DNA of 64,000 bases from Phoronis australis (Eukaryota > Animalia > Phoronida), in the NCBI GenBank assembly GCA_002633005.1, contig NMRA01000565.1:69682-133681 (forward strand), written 5' to 3'. The notes beneath the pieces were generated by a model. The model was not told the DNA's origin. It searched no databases and saw nothing but the letters and a program-made list of their open reading frames with translations. The position numbers and the translations under genes are program-made. Shown here piece by piece: positions 11,063-26,000 of this stretch (positions are counted from its first letter, which is position 1; each line of letters opens with the position of its first letter).

Positions 11063-14000
11063 CGTGTGCATATGTGTGTTTTGTGTGTGCGCTTACTTGA
11101 ATTCTCTGATGGTTATTACTGGGCTCTCATTTTCAGAAACAATGTTAGGATCAATAATTTTAATGACGTACTATGATTGCTTTACTCAGACCAATGTGCT
11201 CATTAAATTTAGGAGCGACAAAGGAAAAAAACATGGTTCCCAAATCCTCCAAATTAGCCCATACACTTGAGGCCGAGTGGGTCAATTCACTCATACCCAT
11301 GTTTTTCTAAAATGATCCCTTTGTTAATGATGTTTTAAACACTCAACATGAATTGAAAAATGGTTGAAAGCAGTTGCAACAATCAGCCATCTTTACATTG
11401 TTGTTCTGTCTCGTCATTTATACAACAGATATACACCTGCAAACTTCAACAAGCTGATGACAACTGCAAGTGTGAACCACCATTTTACACATTCATTCGA
11501 GGCACGAGAAATACAAAGTTGCTTATGTAATAAGAAACCAGACATCTTGAAAATCAATAATTAAACCCATGAAACGACAGTGCCATTATACCACGAAGGT
11601 TTCATTGTATTTAGGTTTTGGATTGATTAGCGATACTTTTGTTTAATCGCATAATGAATTGCTCAAGGAAGTATGGAGAGAAACAAAAAAACTGGGGAGC
11701 TTGCAAGTAGTAACCTATTCTGGCATAGCCCAGCTGTGAAGGGAAATCATTACCCATTGTGTACACTGTTGCTGAAGTTTTCCCTTTTACCAGCAAGAGA
11801 AAAATAAGTAAATTCTCAACAAACCCAAAACAAAAAACCAGCAACACTCAATGTTTGCCCCAGCAAATGCAATGAACTAAATGTCAAGAGTGTCAGTCCA
11901 ACCTTACCTCTTGTGCCGACTACGTTGTTCTTGGAGGTCCTTCAGGACGTCAGTGGTTGTGGACATATCTGAACTATCATCTAACCACGCCTGGACTGGC
12001 TGGCGACGAGACGAATACGATCTGGAAGGCTGCAATGAACAGATGAAGATTACTTTTGCTCAACAGATACTGAAAAATATTACTTACTAATAGATATTAA
12101 TGCATTATCTTATTACGGAATATTTTATCCTGCACTATCAGGAAAACCATGTTTAACTACCACGCAATAACTCGGAGACATTACATAAATGATGTTGTTT
12201 AATAATAATTTAGCGGAAATTTTTGGTTTGATTGAAGAGCACTGCATTTGATACACTGTGCTGCATGGGGATGACATGAAGTACAATGAAAGATGAATAT
12301 TTTCATGTCCATTTGAATTAGTGTTTCTCAATAATAAGTGGGTTGAACAGATTTCACATTCTCAGCCAGTGTTCCCATTACATTGCCCCCCTCATAATAA
12401 TCAATATTGATCAGGAGCAGTTGTGGTATAAATGCATTAGCCTGAATACAATAAAATACAATACAGGTACGACATAACAAAACTTATGCACTCTGAGAAA
12501 ATATTGTTGGTTCCATAAAAACATCAACAAGCAGATATTTGACGATAACAAGACCAGGTATACCTGACTAGATAGCTTTTTCAGTTGACGTTTGGCAAGT
12601 TCTGCGGTAAGTTTTGCATCATCTGGAATACGAATAACAGTGCACAAGTGGTCACTTTAATGACTCAATAACGATATCAACATGAAAACATTACAAGAAC
12701 CTACGCACAGATTCTGTCCAAGTAGTAGTTATTGACTGTGATACAGACAAATTATTACTCTTAGTTAAAATACACTAGTATAGTGAGAGGCAAGAGTAAA
12801 AAACCTATAATTGTAATCCTTAGATGTTGGATGACATACATTTTTAGGTGCTCATTTGGATTTGATTCTTTTTAGGGGGAATTTGATGATTACTTTTGAC
12901 TTGATTCTTGTCAGTTTGATTCATTTGTTCTCAAAGGATTCTTGCCTCAGCAAACGCGAAGATTCCGAAGACATACTGAATAAGCCATTTTTGTTTGGAA
13001 ATATGTGGCTATACATTATCAGTACTAACAACAAGAGCAACGCAGAGCGTTGAAATGCGCCCACAATTGCACCGTATACGGTATCCTTCTAGGGTTGTTT
13101 ATTGGTACCACAAAGTGGCCAGTAGAGGGCATATATGTAGTATGTTGTACTTTGCAAAATGGAAAGGCATGGTCATTGTCTCCTCAATAGGCTAGGGGCA
13201 AAATGTGAGTGAACTTCATAATACAAGCACATCCTATACATCAGTTGCTTAAAGCACCACAGAAACATAGAATTAAAAACAAATTTACCAACATAAGAGA
13301 TTAGCACAGCATTAGAATGCCAGAAACAAATTTCTACTTGGAACTTTTCCTTCATANNNNNNNNNNNNNNNNNNNNNNNNNNNNNNNNNNNNNNNNNNNN
13401 NNNNNNNNNNNNNNNNNNNNNNNNNNNNNNNNNNNNNNNNNNNNNNNNNNNNNNNNNNNNNNNNNNNNNNTGATAGAGGGATGGATGCCAAAAAACAGAC
13501 TCAAAAACAGTAAAAATGGCCACTGGGTGTCGCAAACTAGGTCGAATCCATCCGAAAACGGAAGGATAGCGTCATCGCACTAATAGGTGCCTACATACCA
13601 AATTTCATGAAAATCCGTTAAGGACTTGTGAAGATACAGAGGTAAACGTAAAAAAATAAAATTGCCACTAGGGGGCACACTGGTAGGTGGATCCGTCCAA
13701 AAAAGTCATCGTCTGTTGTTAACATCATATAAATACACTTATTAAATTTCGTAAAGATCCTACGAACGGTTTAGGAGATACAGCCATAGGCGCAAAAAAA
13801 AACAAAACTGCCACTAGGAGGCGCCACAGTAGTCCAAATCGTCTGAAAATCATTGTCAGCTGTCTTCTTTATAGTAAGCAAATACATGCCAATTTTCACA
13901 ATCATCCTTTGAGCGGTTTGGTTGATAGAGGGGTCGACTCAAAAATACCGACTCGAAAACAGTAAAAATGGCCACTAGGTGGCGCAAACTATGTCGAATC

Positions 14001-17000
14001 TATCTGAAAACGGGAGGATAGCGTCATCTCACTAATAGGTGCCTACATACCAAAATTTCATGAAAATCCGTTCAGGACTTTTGAAGATACAAAGGCAAGC
14101 GTAAAAAACTAAAATTGCCACTAGGGGGCACACCGGTAGTCGGATCTGTCCGAAACTTCGCACATGCTGTCCCATTCAAGAATGGAACATATGTGCCAAA
14201 TTTCATGAACATATGTCAAAGGGTTTTGGAGATAGAGCAGCGGACGCCGGACGCCGCCCGGACGGACGGAGATGACAGCATAATGCGTCCACATATAATA
14301 TGTGGGCGCATAAAAATTGAAGTTTAAAGATGACGCTGTACGACGCTGCAATCACTAAGTAGAACTTGTTGGCAAAACAAAAAAGACAATAAACACAACT
14401 AATTCAAAAACAGTCTATCAAAGCTCTTAATTGATTAAAATGAACAAACGAAAACCATGCCATAATAACCAAAGCAGATAGATCAATTATTCTCATTGAT
14501 GCAAGCACAAAGTTAAAGTTATGTTTAGCACTGCTTAGGTGGGTTTAAAATGTCCAACTGTACAATAAAAAAATAAAAATCAAGCGATTTCATATTCCCA
14601 AAAATACGAAAAGAAGTTCCATTCCGACCACAATGTAATCACAAATAAGGCCAAAAAGCGCATTTGGTTCTAGTCTGTGTTTCTTTTGAAATTCGAATTG
14701 GTGGTAATATCTCTTTTATCAAACAGAGAAATGACGCCACAATCCAGTACGCTGTCAAGAGGGGACCATTAGTTGTCCTTTAGAATAGCAAATTTCGCCA
14801 ATAAAAAGATTCTGCTGCCCTCGGAATAGTGTTTGATGAATAGAATTTCGGAGTCAATACCGAGTCGTCCCTCGAGGACTGCATTCGGTTCATGACCCTG
14901 CAACATGTCTCTCGAATGATAGCTCAACTAATTAGCTGTCGCGAGGCAATTTTGGCACTTGCAAGCCTCCATGTGCTGAGGTCAAGGTACCCTGTACCAA
15001 AGTGCATAGAATATTGCGTTTATGTCAGAGATGCCTAATAGTACATGTTGTCCGTGTGTGTTACAAATAATCATAAATAATGGTCTAGACATTGTACGGA
15101 ACAATACAAATTACTCAGCTTATGTCGAATCTTGGAAAGCTGCTTTCAATCGCCAAAATACTCTTTTGCATCGTATTTGAGCTCCAATATCGTAAACGTA
15201 CGCCGATCACATTCCAAAGTTTCTCTGTTAACGTGTCAGAGCATTGTTAGCCAATAATAACATTGGCATTGCTCTCTAATGTGACAAATGAATTTGCATT
15301 GCTAATGTCATATATAGAAAAATTAGGTCATTTGTACAGTGCCATGCCCGACTCCCAAAACTGCAGCAAAGAGGAATTCTTTAAACAAACTTGATGTGAC
15401 ACAAAATGAAAGTCTGTGACTGAACAAGGGGTCTTGCTATGGGTTGTTTCACATAAACAAAGTGACTACAGAAGCCAGTTTGGACACAACAACAAGCAAT
15501 ATTCAACACTCGCCATTGCGTGAAACAAGATGTCCCAAGGCAATAGTCATATCACTTAAATAGCTCTCAATGTATCTTTAGCTCACTCCTCACTCAAGCC
15601 GTTAGTAAAGATACCTTTGTCTGTTGCCAAGTCAGTGTGATGCACCGTTTTCTTGGCAGGTCTTGAGTCAAGGTCTGCCACTTCAAGTTGGCCAGGGGAA
15701 TCGGGACTAGTGTTGAGTTCACCATCACTATGGAAACTGTTTTGAGCTATTAGGATAGAAAAAACGAAGATAACTGTAAGACAGCCTATTTGCAATAACA
15801 TTTGTGTAGACCCATGTACAGTCTCTTCAAAATTAAGGATTGCAATTGTAAATGTTATACAGCTGGATGACATTTTTCAAAAAGTGGTTTGACAAGATTT
15901 TGAAAATTTAAACATAGGAATCAACAAAAAGGAAATTCAACTCCATAATCCAACATTACTATGTTTCACCTTGGACTCACTAAATCAACATGATATCTAT
16001 GCATAACCAAGAAGAACAATTTCACAACTTTTACCATTTTGACTTCCTGGTTCATTTTCGCCAACAGGTGGCATGCTAGTCACAGCAATATTATTTTTCA
16101 TGGCCTCAAGATCTCTATGATTCTCGGCAAGCTCCTCTTGTGATTGGTCAAGTTTTTGTTTGAGATCCCTGAAATTCAAAACACATTCATGCCATAGTAT
16201 TTAAAATCACAGTTGTACATTGTACGTGTTACTAGAACCACAGAGGTAAATTGTGTTCCCATCTCACAAACCATATTGGTATTCTCACTAACGATGACTA
16301 TTCTTTATCCTAACCCGTCTTCATTCTCTCAACACTCACAGTTCTTTTCTCACAAATATATTTCTTAACTCACAAATCTCCACTTTCCCACAAATGACTG
16401 AATAATAACCAAAAATACTAGAAACAAAATGAGTGTACACCAATGGCAAAGTCAGGATGAGATAAATTTTAAACTGAAAAATATTCACTTGATTATCTTG
16501 ACATCTATTAGGCAACAGCCCACTTAATGTAAAGGCCCAGTCCCATAGGAGTGTAAAATCAACATGGATCATGCATGGCATGATACCGCGTGTGAACTGT
16601 GTAGCCGCCATGATGGTCCATGGTGAACCCTGTTCCGTGGTCAACATAGCAGTTATGACAACTTCAAAACTGCCGTGTTCATACGCAACTGTCTGGTGAG
16701 AGATTGTGACATCTGGATAATCTGCATAGGTGCCATGTAGGCCAGTGTTAATCCAGGACTGTCTGTCTCTCTGCCAAATTGGTCCGTCATTCTGCCGTGC
16801 CTTGACTGTCCAGGATGGTTTGTAGTCATCTGTGTGGGCGCCATGTTGCCATGTTTGCCCAGGTTCATCCGTGTTACCACTGGGGTGACGGTCGTCCATG
16901 GATAATCCCGGATCTTGATCCGGCAGGATCCATCACTATCTGGAACTGCCATGTTCATTCTGTGCTCATGAAGGACTGAGCCTTAAGCATGTTCGAATCC

Positions 17001-20000
17001 TCTATGAGCACACAATATAGCTATCTGTGATACACTAACAAGATACCAACCCAACTGCACTCTCATAATCATTCTTCTCCTGTCCCAGTTTACTGACGTC
17101 ACTCTCCAATGCTTGTTTCTTATTTCTCAGTTTCTCTAGTGCGGACCGTTCCTTCTTAATGTCCGCCTGCAGCTGTTTACGCTCCGCCTGCAGTCTGTCC
17201 AGCTCTTTTGAGTTCAACTCGGACATTCGTTGTTCAAGGGCCTCCTAACAGGACAGGAATTTCAACAAAAATAAAGATATTCAAAAACTTTTACTCGAAG
17301 TGTGGTTGATACTGTGCAATTTTTGGAAAACAATTCCCGATAAAAACACGCAAATGTAGTATACACAATTTAAAAAATAATTTCGAATTTGATTTCAAGT
17401 ACAAAGATTAGACCCTAGGCTCTAGTTAGTAAAGATGTACAACAAAATTGAGTGAAAAATATCTGAATAAATGTCCTCTCTACCATGGGATATAATTTTT
17501 TGCAAAAAATTCAAATAGAATTAAATGACCAACTTTTCAATTGAGTTGACGTTAAAAATCTCCAGCAGCAAAGTTAGTGTCCCAAAAAAATTTTTTTTGC
17601 GAGATAAGCAGCAAGGTGAATGTTTATTCCACTTATTTTGATAAAACTTGTCAACAAAAATAATATTACACACATTTAATCCATTTTTAATTTAGTTTAC
17701 ACTGTGTATATGTCATTAAACAACACTTGGTAAATTTTCAGTCATTTGACGCAAGCTAATCAGCCTCTGAAATAGAAAAACATGAAAGTTTGGCACTTAG
17801 TTACAGGCAAAATAAGTGAATAATTGTTATATTTATTCTTCTTTTGCTGCACAAATGGGGAACTGCCGAGTGGGCTGTTTGGTCTGGCAGTTGCAGAGAT
17901 ACACACCATGTATACTTGCACAGACACAACACACGTCAATCAGTTACTAACCTCCTTTTCGTGTTCAAACTTTTCCTGTTCTTCTTTAAATGATGTAATT
18001 TTATCTTCGAGTTCCTTTTTCTTCAAAATTGTGAAATGCAAGAACAGATACCGTTTATATACCTTAAAGTATGACGCTGGCACAAGCTATTTCTTGGGAA
18101 TCAAAGATACAGTATCCAGGACACGGCACCAACTGCTTTAATCAGTAAGCTGGTTTATAAATTGCATTTAAATAGTGAATACTAGCTAAATGTTCCTTTA
18201 AGCATTCTGTCCATCTTACTTACCAAGGTAAACATTTAAACTAAATTTTTATTGCCAATACTTACTAACTTTAAGTCATGAAACTATATATATATATGTA
18301 GAATCCTCTGATTACCACAAAAACAAATCACGTGCATGAAAAAATAGCACGGTCTTTTTTTAACCATGCGATGGTGTTTTTCTAGAAAAATCTGAGGATT
18401 TTCAGATAGCCATAACCCCCACAGATGTTTTATTTGCAGTAGCTACAAATTCGTGCCTAGTCATTTGACTACAAACACTGAGGCATTATTTTGTGTACAT
18501 AACAGATCATTGAACATCTGTTTTAATACATGGAATATATTATTTAAAAAGATCATAATTAAACAAATATGAGAGCCAAAAAACTATAAATTCTAAAAAT
18601 CCTTGATCACGAGTTTAAGCTCAATATGAGCATAAAAATGAACCTCAGACATTTGTAAAAAATAAAAATACGTAGTTTCATAATTAGGTTTACATTATTT
18701 CAATATTTTTTTTATAAAATTTCAAAAAGGAGGTTCAAGAAATTTCATCTGTAGGAACATATGAAAAGGTCTGAACCCAAAATTGGCCACATAATTCAGT
18801 AATGAAAGAGAGACTCATTAGAATAATGTTATTGAAAACAACCCTGTGTGACTGACCTGCTGGTCAAGCTCAACTGTTGACTTCTCACAATCTTTCTTCT
18901 GCTTTTCTAAAGCCTTCTTTCTCTTTTTAATATCCTCTTCCTTGAAGTGAAAATGAAAGAGATTATATTACAGTAACATTAAGAATGACATAATTATTGA
19001 AACTCAAGTACAAGATGGCTGCCTCAAGTGCACGGTGGCTGAGCACACAGCAGTCAAGGTGTGAAAATATGATCACAGTTTAATGAGCTGGTCAGGAGTT
19101 CATTCAAGCTCATTCAACTGTTCACATCTTGATGTGAGCTTTGTGCTCAGTTAAGAATCACTTGAGGCAGACAACTGAGCTCGTAGGACTTAGTCAAGCT
19201 GCTCCATTTATTTAAGGTCATGTGTGTCCTTGTCGAAAAAAGAGATTTTAACTCAGTACCAGTAAATATTTTCTGAAAGTAGAAAGCCTGTGGAATTTGA
19301 TTAATGACTGTTTACCAATCTGTCATTAATTGGGTCACGTGACTATGTCTTTTTATTAAATTTCAGCCAACATGGAAGGAACATTGATTCATACAAAACA
19401 ATGGTATCAATAACTTGCTTCTTTTCACTTAAATGAAACCTCAAAAACACTGTAATAGAAATAGTTTTCTAAATTATTCTTTCCCTTCCTTTATGTTTTA
19501 GGCAACATTTGACTTTTTCACAAAGATCGTGAAAATCCTACTTTTTCGTAGACCCTTATACAAAACTGGAACATTTTGAAAACAATCCTAACAGCGTTTT
19601 GCAGAATGAAGCATGGTGTCTGAAAGTGTCATACAATTTCTAAGTAGTGACAGTTCATTAGTTAGCAAAAATTTGGAATTCTTTCAAGGTCCTACATAGC
19701 CTTAAAGATGCATTGGCTTCAACATACCTCTGCAGTTATCTTTGCTTTCTTGGTCTTCAACTCATCTTCTTGTTCAGATATTTTGGACTTCTAGAAAAAC
19801 AGAGAGACAGTTATAGTCTGTAGCGTATATTAATAGTGGCAAGTACACTGTTCATTAAAACATAAATCATAATAATAATCAATAAATTTTGCTTGTTCCT
19901 CCAGCCCTCACATTCCCCCCGTCCATCAACTCCACCTCCTTGCTCAACCAATCTCCTCAACTCCTCCTTCAGCTTGTTCCTCCAATCCTCATATTCCTCC

Positions 20001-23000
20001 CTCACCTCTACCCCGCCCACTAACTCCACCTCCTAGCCCCACCCACCTCCTCCTCCAACTCCTGTTTCAGTTTATGCCTCCTGCCCTCATACTCCTCCCT
20101 CTGAGATTTCAGCTCATCTTCTAACTTCATCATCAGAGCCTTCTTCTCCTTCTCATGAACGTCTCGTAGTCGCTTATCCTCCTCTTTTTCCTGTATTACA
20201 ATTCAATAGACATGGAGTGAGGTTGACTAAGGACCATTTCAGGGCCGATTGTAAATACTGTCAACTTCACAGGTCCAGTCACAACACCAATAAAAATAAT
20301 AAGGTCTTAATGCGAGATGCTGGCATTGACAGCTACACTTCAGTGCCTTTAACCAAGTGTTGGTGACTGCCTTTAAAATACTGTACTAGTGAGTCCTAAT
20401 AATACTTGGAATGATTTCAGGTTATCTCAACCATATTTAGTGACCTTCATTCAGTCATATATCAAAAGCAGGCTATGTGAACTAGTGAAAGTATATATTT
20501 TCAGAAAAAAGATCAAACATTATAAAAATATATGCTTTTGTGCCATTACTACCATTACACAACTACGTTTTTTAAGTCAAAATTTTGTTTTTAAGGTACA
20601 TTTAATAGCAAAATAACCTCTTGGTCAATTTTAATGCCCTCTACAAAAATCATAGTCAGTGAGTACCCAAGATATTCCTACAAGAGGAAACATCTTCAGC
20701 ACTGAAATCCAATAGAGTTAGGACCAATTAATAAGACACGCCAAAAATAATCAAGCAGAATTACGCTTCCCCATCATGTTGGAGAATTCCCCTGGCAGTC
20801 AGCCATCATATAAAGGAATTGAGCATATGCTCAGCTGACATGACAAAGTATTCCAGGTCATTGTGTCTCACTATTTCTGGCATGTACTGTTAAGCCTACC
20901 TTATCCTTATATTCCTCTTGTAATTTCTTCAACTGCCTTTCATGTTCAGCCTTCAGGTCGTCCATTTGTTTCTGATGGTCTGCTTTCACCTCAGACTTGC
21001 GTTCTTTCAAAATGTCCTCGAGCTAAAGACAAATTGTACGCAAACTAGAGGTATGTTCAGCATGTATATTTAATTTGAAAATATAAAAGTCAAACAAATT
21101 AATAGACTAAGTTCCCCTATCACAGGACTGCGACCATCCATGTTCTTCATTGCCTTTTGCCTACCTTCCACTGCCTTGGCTTCCTTTTCTTCAGGACTGC
21201 AGCATACCCCTTTCCCACAACATTCCCCCCAGAACATACCACCTACCAACTGCATACCCTATTTCCCACAGCATACCTGTTTCCCATAACATACCCCCCT
21301 AAATCACAAAATAACCCCTTGCCCATAACACACCCCCTTCTCCCACAACATACACCCTTGCCCACAACATTCTCCCCTCCCAACAACACAAACATTCGCC
21401 CATAATACACCCCTTCCCAACAAAATAACCTCTTATTTACCCACAGCACACCCCCTCCCCACAACACAGAAGCCTTCTTCCACAACATAACCTTGCGCAA
21501 AATACCCCCCCCCACCCCGCCCCACAACATTCTCCCCTCTCCCACAACATACCCCCTTGTCCAGCTCCTCCACAGCCTTCTGCCTCTCTTTCACTGCCTT
21601 CACTTCATTGTCCTTATGTTCTTTCTCAGCCTCATGGGCCAACTTCAGTTCTTGCCGCAGCTCTTCCAGTTCCTGCAGACATGGAGATAACAATTTAAGC
21701 AATCTAACTCTAATATAGTAAACGTAATTCTAAACACTTAACATGTGAATAACATTCTATAATGGTACATTTTGCAAACATGGAGATAACAATTTAAGCA
21801 ATCTAACTCTAATATAGTAAACGTAATTCCAAACACTTAACATGTGAATAACATTCTATGGTACATTTTGCAAACATGGAGATAACAATTTAAGCAATCT
21901 AACTCTAATATAGTAAACGTAATTCTAAACACTTAACATGTGAATAACATTCTATAATGGTACATTTTGCAAACATGGAGATAACAATTTAAGCAATCTA
22001 ACTCTAATATAGTAAACGTAATTCCAAACACTTAACATGTGAATAACATTCTATGGTACATTTTGCAAACATGGAGATAACAATTTAAGCAATCTAACTC
22101 TAATATAGTAAACGTAATTCTAAACACTTAACATGTGAATAACATTCTATAATGGTACATTTTGCAAACATGGAGATAACAATTTAAGCAATCTAACTCT
22201 AATATAGTAAACGTAATTCCAAACACTTAACATGTGAATAACATTCTATGGTACATTTTGCAAACATGGAGATAACAATTTAAGCAATCTAACTCTAATA
22301 TAGTAAACGTAATTCTAAACACTTAACATGTGAATAACATTCTATAATGGTACATTTTGCAAACATGGAGATAACAATTTAAGCAATCTAACTCTAATAT
22401 AGTAAACGTAATTCCAAACACTTAACATGTGAATAACATTCTATGGTACATTTTGCAAGCACAGAATAAGGTTAGTCAGCTATAGAATTTACCTTTGTCC
22501 ATGAGGTAAGAAGAGCGGTGTTTTCATTGACCTAGTTGCGGAATGTCATGCACAGTTTCACAAGTCATGTCAGAAACCGTGAGGTGTACGACCATGGAAA
22601 TATTCCCAGATTTCAACGGTTTAAAAGTACCAGACACGACTCATGCGAAACAAGTCCCTCCTCCCAAGCCCTCTTTCCCCTGACTGAGTCCCTTCCCCAC
22701 TTAATCACCGAACCTGCTCTCACTCGACCCCGTCCCCTGACCAAGCCCCTCCTCCCACTCAACTTCTCATAATCTGCCCCTCCCCAAACCAAGCCCCTCC
22801 CTCACCCACCTTCTCATGTTGCTCCTGTAACTGCTGTCTAGTCTGCTCCAGTTGGTACGCATGTCTCTTCTCCATTTGTTCCGTCTCCTCTTCAATCTCC
22901 GCCTCATTCTTCTCTCGTAACTTCTCCAGCTTTTCATCACGCTCTTCCATCAATTTTTCTTTTTCCGCAGCAGTAGCCTCTTCAACCTAATGTGCAAAAC

Positions 23001-26000
23001 CATCCAATGTATACTGCCAACACTCTGTTACTGTACTGACACGCTATAGGTGGATTTGGCTTGAATGATTGTGTTCATTATAGTCCAGTCAGAGTTCTTC
23101 TCTTAACAACAGTTTGTCAAAAGACATGTTTTAAACAAAAAAAATTAGACTTTTTCACATTCATACTTTGCTTCCAAAACACAGTCATAGCAGAAAAAAT
23201 GGCATAGACTCACAAAGCAGATTTACTGTACAGAGCTTTTACATGACAGTATCACCTTCATCAGCCAATGTTAAATGGCGAACAAGAGAAAAGATTTCAA
23301 ATAAATTCAGGACAGACCTCTTCTTTGATGGTATCAAGAATCTTCTTCTTCTCCTCTGCAATCTTCTTCTTCTGTTCCTTCTGCAGATCGTCCAGTTCTT
23401 TTTGCAGCTTGTCAATCTCCGCCTTCATGTCCTCCCTAATACAAAACACCTTACCATATACTGTGTGACATTAAAAAATATCACAATGAAGTTGGTGTGT
23501 CTCAATTTCTAAAACTAATGTGCTGCCAAGTAAGTGGCACCTTGATTCTGGGCCATCATTTCATTCCTATTAAATTTAGATGGTCTACCATGAAAGCACA
23601 TACTATTTGCATTTCTTTGCGACTCTGAAATATTATGTACAAAGAAAGACTCAGAATTCAAATTTCATTACGTTGATGTGCACACCCGATTATGTACAAC
23701 TAGTAATAAGACATTGTTTTTGTACAATGGACCTATAGCCTTTATTACAAAAACAGTTTGTTTTTGATTTTACCAGTACCATTTTATAACAGTTTTCAAT
23801 ATTTTTATAGTAAAAAATGATGAAAACTTAAAATATTGCAGCACATTTTTACTACTATTGTTTCCATGACAACATCCCATCTCTGCACTCTTGATTTAAG
23901 CAAAATTCAAGGCTTTCCCCCAACAAACAAAAAGTCACATCAGTGAGCCATCCTATCTCAGGCACATGAAACACTATAGAAACACACCTCATTGTGTCTT
24001 CCTTGCTCCGTTGCTCAGTTCTGATCTCCTCCCTCAGCTTATCCAGGGCATCCTCTTTCCCCCTCTTCAACAATTTCTCTTCATCAGCAGTATCTTCCCG
24101 CACCTGCTCGCGCAGTGACCTATAACAACGCATGAAACAATCAACGGCGAGTAGATTTCACAATTTGTTTGATCTAACCCCTGAAGCTGCTATTATTCTG
24201 AGCAGACAGAGCTTTCCTTCCAACAGAGGTCCCCACTGGCATTGTAGATCCAGTAAAGGGAATTATCTCGGAAACGGAAAGCAACCCCATGCTACACTCT
24301 GCCTCATCTCCCTGATCTTGGCCTTTACAACAAATGTTCTCCCTCCAAATCAATATGTCCACCAACGAGAATGAAGAAATTCCCAAGCCCCTCCCACTCA
24401 CCGCACTTGATTATCCTTATCCCTGATCTTGGCCTCTTCCAAGAAATGTTCTTCCTACAAATCAATATGTCCACCAACCAGAATGAAAGAATTCCCAAGC
24501 CCCTCCCACTTGCCTCACTTGACTCTTTTTCTCACTGATCTTGGCCTCTCACAACAAATGTTCTGCCACTAAATCAACACGTCCACCAATGAAAATGAAG
24601 GAATTCTTGGCCCTTCCCACTCACCTCACTTGACTCTTTTTCTCACTGATCTTGGCCTCTCACAACAAATGTTCTGCCACTAAATCAATGTGTCCACCAA
24701 TGAAAATGAAGGAATTCCCAAGCCCCTCCCACTCACCTCACTTGACTCTCCTTCTCCTCTCTGATCTTGGCCTCTTCCTGTCCCTGTTCTCTCTCAACGT
24801 CCTCTTTCATTTTCTTTAGGCGATCTTCCTTGTCCTAGCATGTGAAACGAAAACTGACAGTCGGAAACGTGAACTATGATACATTTTACCACTTACAGGA
24901 AGTTACAGGAACATGAAGTGCCAAGATAATAACTCACACATGAACAGTTTCAAGCTGTTGTTTTTTGTACTTAGATGTTAAATGAGCAAAATACATTGAT
25001 TTTTCATTGATTTTAGAAACTTACAAGATAGCATTCCACAACAATCATTGGGCGTATATTGAAAATGTTTTAAGAAATAATACAAGATATAGACATAGGC
25101 ATATCACAACGCAATGCATTAGGGACAAGGAAATGTTGGCCAAAACATTATTACTCCCATTTCTGGTCCTATTTGATACACCAATATTGCCAGCACACAC
25201 CTGCAGAAGGTCTAGCTGAGCATTCTCTAACTCTCGTTCCAACTTCTGCTTCAACTCTGCTATCTTCTCATCATTCTCTCGCTTCAGTTTCTCCTCTTCT
25301 TTTTTGAAGGTAGTTTCGGCCTCAACTCGTCTAAAACAAGTTATGTTTTACCCACTTAGATTGTGGGTGTTAAGAACACGCTACGGGGGGATATCTCAAG
25401 TAAGAATAAATTATAAGAATATAATGAACGTTGTTGTTATACAAGAAGTTAATGAACAATATTGATATTGCCACACACCGCATTATTTTAACCACAAAGA
25501 ATTGCCATGTCCAACCCATTTTTCACTCTCTCAACAATACTACTACCATTAATAAACCTTACTAGTGGACGAAGACTCATCCACACGTCATACCGTTGAG
25601 CTGCTTCAGCTGCCAGTTCAGCCCTCTTCTTTCTCTCTTCTGCTGCAGTGTCAACAGATGGCGCCTTCAGCTTCTCCTCAAACTTTCGTGGTGAAGGGGT
25701 TCGTGACTCATCATCTGATGTTTCTTCATACAACGGCATAGTTGGCTTCATGTCCGACTTGGCTGGCTTTGTGTCTGACTTTAAAAATCTGCTGTTCCCA
25801 CCAAAGTCAGGACTTGGAGAATCATCACGACTCTCCTCAACTGGTTTCAGTTTATTCTGAGACTTTATAAATCTGTTCCCAGCAGGTTCTGGACTCGAAA
25901 GTTCATCGTCCATGACAGATGCTTTCTTCTCTGATTTTAAGAAACGCTTGCCAGGAGATTCTGACCTGTCTGTCAGCTGATAAGAGGTGGCGCTAGCTGC

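Noticed and set aside
10823-11270. ORFs with CVCVCV runs
   Set aside because: Translation of the (TG)n microsatellite.
15607-15614. Second U12-like donor GTATCTTT after exon 15615-15746
   Set aside because: No TCCTTRAC branch point before the next acceptor (12623); treated as U2-type, although the N gap could hide an exon.
16336-16958. 187-aa and 101-aa minus-strand ORFs
   Set aside because: They lie in a TIR-bounded repetitive element, show no domain motifs, and the CEP164 phases close without them.
21677-22458. CRISPR-like regular array (also 8768-9045)
   Set aside because: Head-to-tail repeats without unique spacers, no cas genes, eukaryotic intron context.
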